This document shows positions 38,066-49,455 of a DNA stretch of 64,000 nt, piece by piece. This DNA is from Asterias rubens (taxonomy: Eukaryota), in NCBI RefSeq assembly GCF_902459465.1, contig NC_047079.1:7068001-7132000 (forward strand), written 5' to 3'. The notes beneath the pieces were generated by a model. It did not search any database. It had not been told where the DNA came from and saw nothing but the letters and a program-made list of their open reading frames with translations. Each line of letters starts with the position of its first letter. Positions within the stretch are counted from its first letter, which is position 1. The position numbers and the translations under genes were made by a program.

Positions 38066-38139
38066 TTAAGGAACAGCCTCAATGATACTCATAACAAGAA
38101 AAGGTAAACCAAACAAAAGAAATAACCACATCGTGAAGA

Positions 38140-40437
38140 TCAACTGCTCATTTCATTTACAAAACACAGCATTTCATTCGACAGAAATGTAATGTACATT
38201 CTGACGACTTTGACAATGCTCCATATATCCTGAGTACTTGAGATGGCGTCTGATAAAGCAAAAGGCATCGTGGATGGGATGAAACCTCGCCCGTATTCAA
38301 CCATCCATGTTCCCTCGCTCCACTGCACCATTGTAACATCACCCCAGGCGTGAAGTATCGTGTCACCTGTTGAAATAGGAAACAAAATAGTTTTTGTTTC
38401 GGTCGCACAATTTCAAGAAATTCGATAGCATTGACGAGATATAATTAATTTCTGAATAAACTGATTCTTCAGACATGGAAATCATACTCTGTATTATAGA
38501 AACCGTGAAAAATGCATTTCAATAGGTAGCATTTTTTAGGTAATGCCGAAAAATGACACACCTGACTCATCCGTGCAAATATTCACGGGCTGCCCCTGGA
38601 ATGGCGAAGTACTATCTCTAGACCAACATGGTGGCACTGCTATCAGTTAGTTTATCCCTCGGTACATGAACAGCATTTTGATATAAGCATTGCCAGTTGT
38701 CAAAGGACATGGCTTATTAACGTCATAAATGGACTCTTACACTTGAGGGTTTTAAAAGGACTGACAGTTAAACAACGATTTTGTCAGTTCTGTGCTACCC
38801 CCCCCCCCACCCCCAAACAAAAAGGGTCGGCCCTAAAGACCTGAAGGGTGAAGGAAATTGAATGACATTTGTGATTGAGTTTTACTTACCTGGGATAAAG
38901 ACTTGGCTTTGTGTTGTCCCTTCCGTCCATTGCCTGAAAGTGCCGGTCATGACAGTGTCGGATATATTGGCCCAGTACCGTCCTAGTAAAAAAAAAAACA
39001 ACCCCAAAACAAATAAAAATGGAATTTTAAATGATGCATGCGGTTGACACTACATCTTGGGTTCTGAGCGGACCCCCTTCCACTCCCCAGCCTACCAAGC
39101 TAACGGGTGATGTCTCATTGACTGGAATAAGTATTGTCGTCTAGTTTCTGAAACACAATGAATTTCTGCATGATTCATAATCATAGACGTTAAACCAATG
39201 TTTGTAGGAGAGAGATTGGCCGTTACTATAACTTTGAGTATACACCCTTGTGGGAGTTTGCGGAGTTCCATTGACGGGAAAATCGTCTTAATCAAAAACA
39301 CAAGCAAAACAAAAAAACTAGAGACTCAATCAACCCTTGACCCCACATGACCCCATATCAACCCACCTGAATGTCCCACTGTATCAACAGCTGTCCCAAA
39401 GAACGTCACATACTCCGTGACGGAGGCATGGATCATGCGCATCGCACCTTTCCATCCTCCTGCGCATACAAACATCCACTCGGTATCCTCTGGTGGTAAG
39501 ATGTGACCCGGAAACATCTTCATGAGGTCAGAGTAGACTCTGTCAAAAGCCTCCTCGTGGGGCAGTCCTGTGAGAGAGAAGCAAAATATTATCACAATTT
39601 TTTTCCCATTTTTTCCCAATCTACTGTTTTATTCTTATTTCCGTTCGGGATGGATAGCTCAGCTGGTAGAGCGCCGGCACGTTAATCCGGAGGTCTTTGG
39701 TTCGAGTCCAACAGCATCTAGTCAATTTGTCATCATTCAACCCCCAAACCATTTAAAATTTTAATCACTTTACTAGCCAAGAATGGAGAGAAGACAAGGA
39801 AGTTTTAGTTTTATTGGATGTGGGAGGAAAACCCAAGACATTATGATGAAAACCCACGCAGTCAGGTAGGGACTGACAACCCAATTCACGTAGTGCCCCT
39901 GGTGGGATTTGTACCGGGGCCCCAGAGTTTGAAGGCAAGGCAAGACACCACTACGCCAATCCAACCGCCCTCTTTTCAGCTGCCACACCCAGACGTGTGT
40001 ATTGAAAAAGTTGCGACATGGAGGGAGCAGTTTGAACCACGTGACCAGTGCACTGGTCACGTGGTTACTGGACGTATCAGAACCCATTGTGCAGTCTAGT
40101 CTAGCGTTATAGTTTTGCTGAAAATGACTGGGAAAACCTTTACAATAATTTTATTTTTATTTAAATGATTTATAAACAAACTTATTTGCCTGACGTGTCG
40201 ACCATGCCAGAGTCTTTCTCAAAGGCTAACACTTATATACACTTTAGAACAAAAAAAACAAATTATTTTAGGTAAGATGATAACAATCTTACCAACATAT
40301 TTTTCAGCAATCTGTGCAACAATCTTGTCATCAAGGAGGTAGGTTTTATTGTTGAGCCAGTGATGTATAACCATTATACTAAGACCTATGGCGATGGTCA
40401 AAATCACGGCAAATCGAACGACAGATTTGAAGTTCAT
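38140..40437 (-). CDS. SIGMAR1: Sigma non-opioid intracellular receptor 1 (ERG2/sigma-1 family), 4 exons, 221 aa
   Basis: Exons 40437-40293, 39567-39367, 38982-38890, 38366-38140, GT-AG and in frame. Motifs [38 protein letters not shown]. Confidence 0.96.
39647..39760 (+). mobile_element. tRNA-derived SINE in SIGMAR1 intron 1
   Basis: A box tagctcagctgg, D arm, anticodon-like arm ccggc-acgttaa-tccgg, B box ggttcgagtcc; no acceptor stem. Confidence 0.7.
39775..39965 (-). mobile_element. Second tRNA-headed SINE in SIGMAR1 intron 1
   Basis: Minus strand tggcgtagtgg (A box), ggtacaaatccc (B-like), then a body with gggttttcctccc. Confidence 0.55.
40188..40226 (-). ncRNA. Mutated minimal hammerhead ribozyme motif (U3-A8 variant, A14 to C)
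   Basis: gcct-TTGAGAA-a-gac(tctggcatg)gtc-GACAC-GTC/aggc on the minus strand. Confidence 0.55.
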
Positions 40438-42627
40438 TCTCTCAGGATGGCGTCTTCCAATTCAAGCAGGGGAAGAAATAATCTTGAGAGATCCGGTCCA
40501 AGTCACTCACCGACTCAATATAATCGTGAAACAACACTTCTTAAAAAACACTCCGTGACGCTTATCTGAAATGAAGCAATATTGTGTTAGTGAGATTTTG
40601 TGTTAAATGACAATACATGGATGATCCAGCGAGTCATATTAATGGCATTGATTCTGTTTGTATACGACTTTGCGTTTGCACTATAGGCTGGGGGTATTAC
40701 GGCTCTATTTTAAGGTGCTGGTATACCCGCACTTGTTTGATGGAAAATCTCTGGGAGTGAAATCGAGTTTGTTTATCACATCGATGGTTAGCATGATTTA
40801 TCTTCTAATTTGTGTGTTTCAAGGGATGTTGACAAATTTTTACAATATATTATTTGCAAAACTGTCATAAAATGAGACCACTTTGTATGTTTGTTCAAAC
40901 GCACTGTTCGAAACATCCAACCCTTATCCCTTAAACATACTTTTAACAATATACCTACACCAATGTGTGAAAAGCACGGTACACTCCAGTCGTTTTGACA
41001 ACAATCATAGAAATTATTATTAAAAATATTAACTATTATACATGATTATCATAAACAAAATGCAATTGCTTCAACTTCGTAGATTGTACTTTGATCATCA
41101 GCAGCGTAAGGGGAGGGACGGTCGGACCCCCCCCCCCCGCTCATAATGCTTGCCCCCCCCCCCCCCCCCATCAACACTGACCGAATACAACTTCACTGCA
41201 GGACCCATAATGAAGCACATAACATAAAAAGTAACATGGATGATAATCACTTACCAACAATTGGAGTTTTCTCAATCAATGTTCGGTTAAACCGTTGCTT
41301 CTTACCCGTTGCCGTACCTACATACTTACACATGAGCTCTCTACACTGACCCTATGTATAGCGTAAAAACTGCATTCATTGCGATAATGTTGTTTGCTAG
41401 TTTTACCAATAAAACAATGTCTATTTGTAGTTTGAGCTGGGCTATTGTTAGATTGAAATTAATTACATCGGTATATACACGCTATCGAGATACCTCGTCA
41501 AATCAAAGTGCAAAGTTTCAAGGACGGGCAACTGAAACTTTTAAGCAAATTGGCCGTGCTTACAAGGTCTTATTGACAGCTTACTAATAGGTCTTTGTGA
41601 TCACGGAATAACAACGTGTACCAAAACCTCAGGATGATCCCTGACCCCAAGACGGTGTTTGCACCAGATAAAGACGGAGAGTTTGGATGGGGCCTCAACC
41701 CCCTAAAGCTCCCCCCCTCTCCAAATTGACACCACTCGTAGAGCCAAACTCAGCTTCGTACAATGGGACAATTTGTTTTTCCAATGCTCGCAATTCGTCT
41801 CCGCCTCCCGATCCTGGGCAGGTAGGTCGGCGTAATTCGGAAACAATTTTGAGAAAAGCAAGGAGGCCTTCAGAAAGTTGTTTTGTCATGCAGCGGGATG
41901 AAAGTGTAAAAAGAGGCCGGGATAGGAATTTACACACATACAATTATATTATGCCTTTAGAAAATTGAGAAGGAAACATGCTCTCGGCTAATTAAGAAAT
42001 GATCTTTTGAAGAAACCAAATTTTTCGAGCTGGACTGTTTTGCTTCAATATTCTGATAACCCCCTCCCAAAAACATCCCTAACCACGCCCATCATCAATG
42101 TAATGCGTCCTGTATCTGGAGGTCGTAATTTAAGAACCGATAGCAATTTTCAATGTTCAATTGAATATAAATAGATTTTTACAAAATTATGGATTAATTT
42201 CTGTTCCACTTATCCGAATTGGTTAAATATTTTGACAAAACAAAGTCATTAGACCTACTGTCCTGGTGTACATACTAAATCTGAATTTTTCAAATGAAAT
42301 TTGTCTTGCATTTTGTTATTAATTTGACGACACACCTCTATGTCACTGTCCATAAACAAAATAGTATTGTACTCGTTTGCCAAAATCAACTTCTAACCTC
42401 TAAACCAGTAACTCAATACATGTATTTTGTTTACATCGTTGCCCAGTTGTTACTCAGTCACCTGACTGCTCAGGGATAAATATTAAAGCTACTGTGCAGC
42501 AAAAACGGTCGATATAATGACCTACTATTTGCATAACAATCGGGGGAACTGGCATTGTAATGTCACAACCCCAGTGGTCCTGCAACAGTATCTATTCAAG
42601 CACTTTTCCCCTTCACTGCTCACGTCA

Positions 42628-42712
42628 ACCCGGAAACAAAAATGGCCGCCAAGAGAAGATGATCGAGTGTTTACGCTGTCTCATTTTTAAGATTTGTCTG
42701 AAAGATTTAAAG
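42628..42712 (+). promoter_or_regulatory. ETS + YY1-like motifs and probable non-coding first exon of the plus-strand FN3 gene
   Basis: ccggaaa 42630, aaaatggccgcc ~42639-50, donor aag/gtaaga at 42712. Confidence 0.5.
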
Positions 42713-43100
42713 GTAAGATTTACTTTCCCCTCATAGTTTAATTTAAAATAATTGTTAGTGCTTACCGACTCCAATGATGGTGTCAAGCTTTAGAGGTGGG
42801 GGTGACGGGAGATAGCATGCGCAGGGTCGCCCATCCAGTGCCGACTTCTCGCCGCATCCACCATGTTCCAGGCTTGGGTGAGACTTGAACCACACTGGAT
42901 TGGGACTGAGGGTGTCCCTCTTAATGTACCAATGCATCTTCCTCCGTGCTTTTAAAACACAATCGTTTCTCTTGTTCAAAAGTACCCCCTAAAACCCTTT
43001 GTCTAAAAATTCCTCAGATTCCTAGAGAACACAGTGAAGGTGAATACACAATGGGGGGGGGGACAACCATTTAGGTAGAGAAATAGACAATATTATATTA

Positions 43101-43365
43101 TTTGGTTTGCCGTAACACCATGTGTATACTCTACTTGCCATGTACAGTTTATTCTTGTAGAGAATTGCTTTCTTCATTCTACTGAGACTTCTCGGTTCGA
43201 ACTGTCCTGCTTTTTAACTACTAGGAGGAAGTTCTTTTCAGAACTGAGAAGTCTCCCGAACATCCGATAAATTTACTCCGCGGTAGTTAAATAAAGAAAG
43301 ACAGTTCTCTAAGAACAAACTCTACCTGGCAAGTAGATACACACGTGGTGTTACCGCAAACCAAT
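43101..43365. mobile_element. MITE with ~40 bp terminal inverted repeats
   Basis: ttggtttgccgtaacaccatgtgta..ctacttgcca / tggcaagtagatacacacgtggtgttaccgcaaaccaa; the same terminus recurs near 5485-5500. Confidence 0.75.
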
Positions 43366-43483
43366 TACATGTATATTGAAACCTCACCACGCATTGCCTC
43401 AAAAACATCCCATTTAGCACTAAATTGTGAAACTAAACAAAATTCATCTTTTTCGGTTACATAACGCAGGTATAATAGTAACC

Positions 43484-44101
43484 ATGGCAACTGGAAGGCT
43501 TTCACAAAACACCCGCTCCAATGGGTTGTTGATCCTGGTCTTATCAACTGTGATCACCATGAGCTCAGCACTGGAATATGCTTCGAATCTCACAGTTTCT
43601 TCCAAGACGGCCAACACCGCGACTCTTACCTGGACATCAGCAGCCAGTGGTGGTAATGCCTCAAGCTACATCGTCTCTGTTGTCTTAGACACCAGCGTTC
43701 TCGAGAATGTGACCATCTCGACCATAGCTACTAACACGCACACAATCACCGGGCTGACCTACTCGACCTTCTACACCGTGCTGGTGTACACCTACGATTC
43801 GACCGGGCAGAGCACTGGGGAAGCAACCTCTGTTTCCTTCTGGACTAAATACACCTCATGGAACACGAAGTTCATCGGAGCGTTGGGTGTGATTGGCTTC
43901 ATCATTGTCACTTTATTGACGATGATAATCTTGAAGAGTAAGTGCCTCCCTCCCGATCCGAAGCCTATGGTTATGGATGATGAGAAGCTTGTGGTGGATG
44001 GGGAAGGTGTTAATGATGAACTACCCAGCGAGGAGGGTAACAAAGAGGACAAGGAGCAGCCGAAAAGTCCGATCAAAGACAGAGATATAGCAATATTCTA
44101 A
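43484..44101 (+). CDS. Small type I membrane protein with one fibronectin type III domain, single coding exon, 205 aa
   Basis: ATG 43484 lies 14 nt after an acceptor (cag 43467-69). Signal peptide; FN3 (LTV..TANTATLTW..Y...TITGL..ST.YTV.V); TM FIGALGVIGFIIVTLLTMIIL; acidic tail. Probable non-coding exon 1 ends at donor 42712. Confidence 0.85.
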   Translation: MATGRLSQNTRSNGLLILVLSTVITMSSALEYASNLTVSSKTANTATLTWTSAASGGNASSYIVSVVLDTSVLENVTISTIATNTHTITGLTYSTFYTVLVYTYDSTGQSTGEATSVSFWTKYTSWNTKFIGALGVIGFIIVTLLTMIILKSKCLPPDPKPMVMDDEKLVVDGEGVNDELPSEEGNKEDKEQPKSPIKDRDIAIF

Positions 44102-44205
44102 AATGAAAATCAATTATCCATGTGTAAAGTTTGTGGACTCCTTTTTTTTTGCAGTGAACTGATAAAGTTTTAAGTTCGGGTGATAGTTGTTTTAAACTTT
44201 ATTTA

Positions 44206-44376
44206 GGTCCTTTTAGCATCCATGGCTTCGGCTCCAGAGTCGGCTCAGGCTAGGTTAGCCCCGCGGTTGTTTTGACAATTTATTGTGCGTCCTTTGCGTA
44301 CGTGCTCAGGACATCAGACGAGAAGACGGAGCCCGAAGCCGAATCCAAAGCCGAAACCGTGGTTTCGAAAAGGGCC
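44206..44376. mobile_element. PIF/Harbinger-like MITE with TTA target duplication
   Basis: TTA-ggtccttttagcatccatggcttcggc...gccgaaaccgtggtttcgaaaagggcc-TTA; partial second copy at ~51988-52078. Confidence 0.75.
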
Positions 44377-45667
44377 TTACAGAGAATGTCTCCAAATTGA
44401 TTGTATATAAAGTCCACTGCAGCCTATTAAACCTTGTACCGGTATGTCTTGAGAAAACCTTGTTTGTATTGAAGTATAATTGGAATTGCACTGTAACCTA
44501 TTTCACCACTTTAAATTAATGTAGTGTGGAGTCCAATACGTCAGTCTTGAGTCAAACACCGATTGCAAAAACCAATTAGGGCACCATCTTCAAGTTCTGT
44601 TTTATGTAACAAGCAAACTTAATAATTTTTCTGATTTTACTTCAAAGGGTATAGATTGTGGTTGACAAAAACTACATGGTGTACGTGTTTAATGAGTTAC
44701 TGGCCTGACGCTTTGACCATACTAGCTACGTGAGAAGAACTGAAGTTATAAATCATGCATTCAATTCAAAAAGGATTTCAATTTTGTTGTCGCCACAATA
44801 TTTAGCGAACCATAAATCATACACAATAATTCACAAGAAAATCTATGTTTGGAAGGTAACAGACAGCACACAATGGAACCGAATTTAATAGTGACAATAG
44901 TTGAAGTTACTATATCCATGCGCTGATGATGATCAAAAGGATAACAGTTTGTTGTCGCTTCAACTACCCACTTGAATTCAACGAACCACGAATCTATGCA
45001 CAATAATATAATATTCAAAAGAATATCAATACATGTACATAGATTTTGTTGATGCATAAAATGATGTCCCATCTCTTTGATTTTCGTGTGTTTTTGCTAG
45101 TTTCCTCGCCTCCAAACCAAAGTGACTACATGAACACAAATTCTCTAATGGATAACAATGCATATCAAAAAATATAGTCTCTGTGTCATTGTTCATGAGT
45201 ATGAATTTATTTTACTACAAAAAACTTTCTACTATTTTAACCTAACTATACGATATAAATAAATGTGTTTGTTTATGCAGCCATTAAACCGTGTCAAGTA
45301 CTGATAACATGCACTGCGTATCAGATACAATCGTGTGCGTGTACATGTATTAGTCAGAAGCTATAGCGAAATTTAGCCAAAATGTATGTGACGAAAAGTT
45401 TTCAAGCCGCTCTGTAAAAAGATAATAATGGGTAAATCTTAAAACAACTTTTTAATAACAAGTTCCAAAGTACTTTTAAATCTCAGCCTAAAATGCATTT
45501 TGCTGTCTCAGACCTTTTCTCGTGCATTTTTAATTTGATCATCTTTATCCATGTTTATGCAACATACAGCAAGCAACTTTCTCTTTTTAGTTCTGGCTTT
45601 GGAAGTACCATTGCACAGAAGTATCAGTGTTTATGTTTACACACTTGTTGAGCCAATATTTGTTTGC

Positions 45668-46318
45668 TTAAATATTATTTGACAAATCTGCGTCCATTGG
45701 TTGGGGCTCCTCACCATCTGGCTCATCGTAGGGGGCGCTAGAGATGGGTCTACCAGAGGCATTCTTCTTCTTTCGGGCCTTGCCTTTCTTCTTTGAGTGT
45801 CTCTGGAAGGTCTGCCAGCCTTGCTCAAGGAGCTCCGTTCGCTTGTAGGCCAACACCCTGTTTCGACTCTTTGAGACCACGAAATCCAAAATGGCGAACG
45901 TCACCAAGCAGATAAGGAGGAATAAGCCCGCTACGATGGCAAGAGATGTCGTTGAACCCATAGGTGTTGAGAACTGAGCACAGCCAACTTCCGGTACTTC
46001 CGGTGCAGGGACAAGGGTCGCCACGCATGCGTTGTAGCCTCTCAAGTCGTCCAAATCTGGCAGGCTGTACATTCTCGATGAAACATTGTGAATGTCTTCA
46101 ATCATGTTCATTGCAAAGTCACCTGAGTTGGTGAGACTAAATCCAGTCAGATTAGAGGATTGCGGGATGCCCAATTCCCACCGTATGGTGGCGCTATACG
46201 CTGTGATGTTAACAACGGTTACTGTTAAGGCGGAGTGTACAGTACGGAAGCTCAGAGAGGTCATGAGTATCGTTAGCTGCACGGCATAGTATGCACAGAA
46301 GGTCACGGCAGACGCCAT
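45668..46318 (-). CDS. Second small single-FN3 type I membrane protein (Cys-containing FN3 like the juxtamembrane FN3 of LRR-Ig-FN3 proteins), 216 aa
   Basis: Acceptor ttttacag at 46385-87, ATG 46318. Signal peptide; VTVVNITAYSATIRW..L.DL...YNACV...CAQFST; TM LAIVAGLFLLICLVTFAIL; polybasic tail with YDEP. Confidence 0.8.
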   Translation of the reverse strand: MASAVTFCAYYAVQLTILMTSLSFRTVHSALTVTVVNITAYSATIRWELGIPQSSNLTGFSLTNSGDFAMNMIEDIHNVSSRMYSLPDLDDLRGYNACVATLVPAPEVPEVGCAQFSTPMGSTTSLAIVAGLFLLICLVTFAILDFVVSKSRNRVLAYKRTELLEQGWQTFQRHSKKKGKARKKKNASGRPISSAPYDEPDGEEPQPMDADLSNNI

Positions 46319-47862
46319 GATTGCCAAGTTTGGATTGTCCGCTAATGGCCACCGTCCCTGTCCACTTAAAGTACTCTTAAAGTTCTGTAAAAAAAAAATA
46401 ATAAAAAAAATTGAACAACAAATAATTATGTTTGCCAATAACTGTGAATTATGTGCTATTTTCACGATACTCTTAATTTCGTGCTTTTACACAAGATTTC
46501 TTGGAATTTAGATTTTTATATTGTATCGGTAACTTACGATTTGTTTAATCTTTGACCTTTAGAGCTTCAGCCCAAAAGTAAAACCCCACAAGTAACCAAA
46601 AGCTCTCTCGATGGACACTGACTACGTAGTATGTAGCGAGCACACTTATGCAAATTCCAATCGTGCATTTATCATTTATACGAATTCAATCTTTGTTATT
46701 AAAAAAGAAAAAAAGAAAGAAAAAAAAATCTTTACACCACATCAGAGTGTAAAACACACTCTTTTGTTATTTCAAAATCCTTGGTTCAGAACTGTCCATG
46801 CTTCAGTGCATGCATAGTACGGCTCAATGTCAACTTTAAATGATACATGCAGGCGTGTATGAAACACACTGTACGTGTAGGCGTGTGAGTACAATGCGAG
46901 AAGTCAACTGTGAATAACTGAATGGCAACGCATTTAATCTTGCGACAAATGTTTTGTTACTCTAGTTTTGTTACTCTAGTCAAGGTGACATTTTAATACG
47001 ATTTCTGCATGACTAGCATTGTCATGGCGAATCACTTTGTGTATTTTTCTTAACACTTGTTTCGTATTGTAATTTCAGTTTAACAATTATTGACATGAGT
47101 AGTAGCCTATTTAAACCTTTGTTTGCCATCCTCGTATATATAGAGAAGGTCGAATTAAACTTTGGGATCATGAAGGTTCGGGGGGGGGGGACACTGCCAC
47201 CTTCCGTTAAACTGGTGTCAAATGCCATTGTATATGCGAGTTTTGTCAACATCCAATAAAAATATCCAAGGATGTCACATTTTCTACGCAGGTTGTTCAG
47301 TCCTACAATTTGATGACATCTACAAGAAAGTCATTGAATTTACTTTTTGAGATGCGCAAACAAATCCGTTGTTGTTGTGGTTCGTATGTTTCAATTTTCT
47401 CTCTGAAAGAGTATAAAATCAAAAGACAGGTTCAATCATCAAATGTGAGTTTCAGGCTTAACATTTCCCCTGCTTTCACAAGTACAGCGCATCATAGGGA
47501 CATCACACGGTGATAATATGTGCTATATAAGAATGGTTTTATTATTAGTACTACGTTCTATTGGATAATGAGGGCATTGTCATGTCGATCATAGAGACCC
47601 TAATTTCCATGTTATTTTAATGATGATATGAATATGCATGAACTGAGTGTAGTTTCCTGTCTTTTGCAATTTGAAGTCCTAATGCGGACTGGATAACGGA
47701 AACGTGCGGCCTGAAGGAAAACAACTCGAAATGGCAAACCACACTGTGTTTTATTTAGATCAGCAATTTCCCTGTTTCGATTTGGGCTGACGAAACACAT
47801 AGCTCACCAAATGAATGTAAAACACCAACCGAGACTTGAAACCCTTCAGTTTCATGTATTCT

Positions 47863-48028
47863 TATGATTAAAATCATGACATATCGCAGAGGGTAAACAG
47901 TAGAGGGCGTGTCCGAATGTACGACCTTTATCCTTTTAAAATATGATTAAAATCATGAAATAATATCACACAGAGGGTAAACAGTAGAGGGCGTTTCCAA
48001 ATGTACGACCTTTAGCCTTTTAAAATAT
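47863..48028. repeat. ~79 bp tandem duplication
   Basis: tatgattaaaatcatga...agagggtaaacagtagagggcgt...gtacgaccttta.ccttttaaaa occurs twice (47863, 47942). Confidence 0.85.
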
Positions 48029-48036
48029 TAAGTTAA

Positions 48037-48415
48037 AGGCAGTGGACACTATTGGTAATTGTCAAAGACTAGCCTTCACAGTTGGTGTATCTCAACATAT
48101 GCATAAAATAACAAACGTTTGAAAATTTGAGCTCAATCAGCCATCGAACTTGCGAGATAATAATGAAAGACAAAAACACCCTTGTCACACAAAGTTGTGT
48201 GTGTTTAGATGGTTGATTTCGAGACCTCAGGTTCTAAATCTGAGGTCTCGAAATCAAATTCGTGGAAAACTACTTCTTTCTCAAAAACTATGGCACTTCA
48301 GAGGGAGCCGTTTCTAACAACATTTTATACCATCAACCTCTCCCCATTACTCGTTACCAAGTAAGGTTTTATGCTAATTATTATTTTGAGTAATTACCAA
48401 TAGTGTCCACTGCCT
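48037..48415. mobile_element. Full-length Kolobok-like MITE family A
   Basis: TTAA on both sides, with a long TIR. Confidence 0.9.
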
Positions 48416-48740
48416 TTAATAGTTTATGCCTAATATTTACTCTTTGACTCATATGAACAAGTCCTGTCACATGAGACGTTTGTTACATGCAATTTAAAGG
48501 CGCATGGCCTGATTTTCATCGATTATTTTAATTCATTAAACAATTTTTTTAACTCTTTTCTTTTTCTTGTATAGAAACTCTTCAGAAGATTTTAAGGGGC
48601 GTGGTACTTCTAAAGACTTCCAAAGATATCCATAACACAACGATGACGTGATAATTTGAGGGGAGGGGTGGGGTACGCCATGCCGCCTATCTAGTATAAA
48701 CTACAATATCATTATGGTATTATGTTCTGTTCATAACACC

Positions 48741-48915
48741 AGCCGTTGATTTTACCATAAAATTAATCTAAGGACTTTGGACGAGTTAAGTTCCGTATCC
48801 TTAGACGTTAGGACGCAAATTGAACCCATCCTAAGTTAGGACATGGTTATTGGACGAGTTACTCATTTTAACTCGAGATAGGATTAATCCTAGCGTTTTG
48901 TGAAATCAGGTGCTG
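48741..48915. mobile_element. Harbinger-like MITE family B
   Basis: agccgttgattttac...gtgaaatcaggtgct; internal aactcgag/cctaagttagga motifs shared with 12572. Confidence 0.55.
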
Positions 48916-49072
48916 GCTTTTTAATTCGCATAATATCTCCTCAAAGAACTTTCATTCTAAAGAAAAATTTAAATTATTATGTTGTCAAACCTGCTTAGAG
49001 AATGTTGGGCTGATCGGTGGACGCCCACTCATAACTAAGCCGCGGCACGGATAGCTTAAAGATTACTGTTAA

Positions 49073-49455
49073 AGGCAGTGGACACTATTGGTAATTACTC
49101 AAAATAATTATTAGCATAAAAACTTACTTGGTAACGAGTAATGGGGAGAGGTTGATAGTATAAAACATTGTGAGAAACGGCTCCCTGTGAAGTGACGTAC
49201 GGTAGTTTCGAGAAAGAAGTTATTTTCCACGAATTTGATTTCGAGACCTCAAGTTTAGAATGTGAGGTCTCGAAATCAAGCATCTGAAAGCGCACAACTT
49301 CGTGTGACAAGGGTGTTTTTTATTTCATTCATATTTCGCAACTTCGACGACCAATTGAGCTCAAACTTTCACAGGTTTGTTATTTTATGTATATGTTGAG
49401 ATACACCAAGTGAGAAGACTGGTCTTTGACAATTACTAATAGTGTCCACTGTCGT
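49073..49455. mobile_element. Kolobok-like MITE family A, inverted relative to the 48037 copy
   Basis: TTAA-aggcagtggacactattggtaattactc...gacaattactaatagtgtccactgtc. Confidence 0.85.

Noticed and set aside
39647-39720. tRNA gene (Asn-like GTT loop)
   Set aside because: No pairing acceptor stem and an atypical anticodon arm; called a SINE head instead.
41687-41968. Overlapping ORFs on both strands between SIGMAR1 and the FN3 gene
   Set aside because: No recognisable domain or convincing splice context in any frame.
43478-43491. Perfect RFX X-box GTAACCATGGCAAC
   Set aside because: Overlaps the ACCATGG start context, so it may be a by-product. A weaker one at 27191 has no linked gene.
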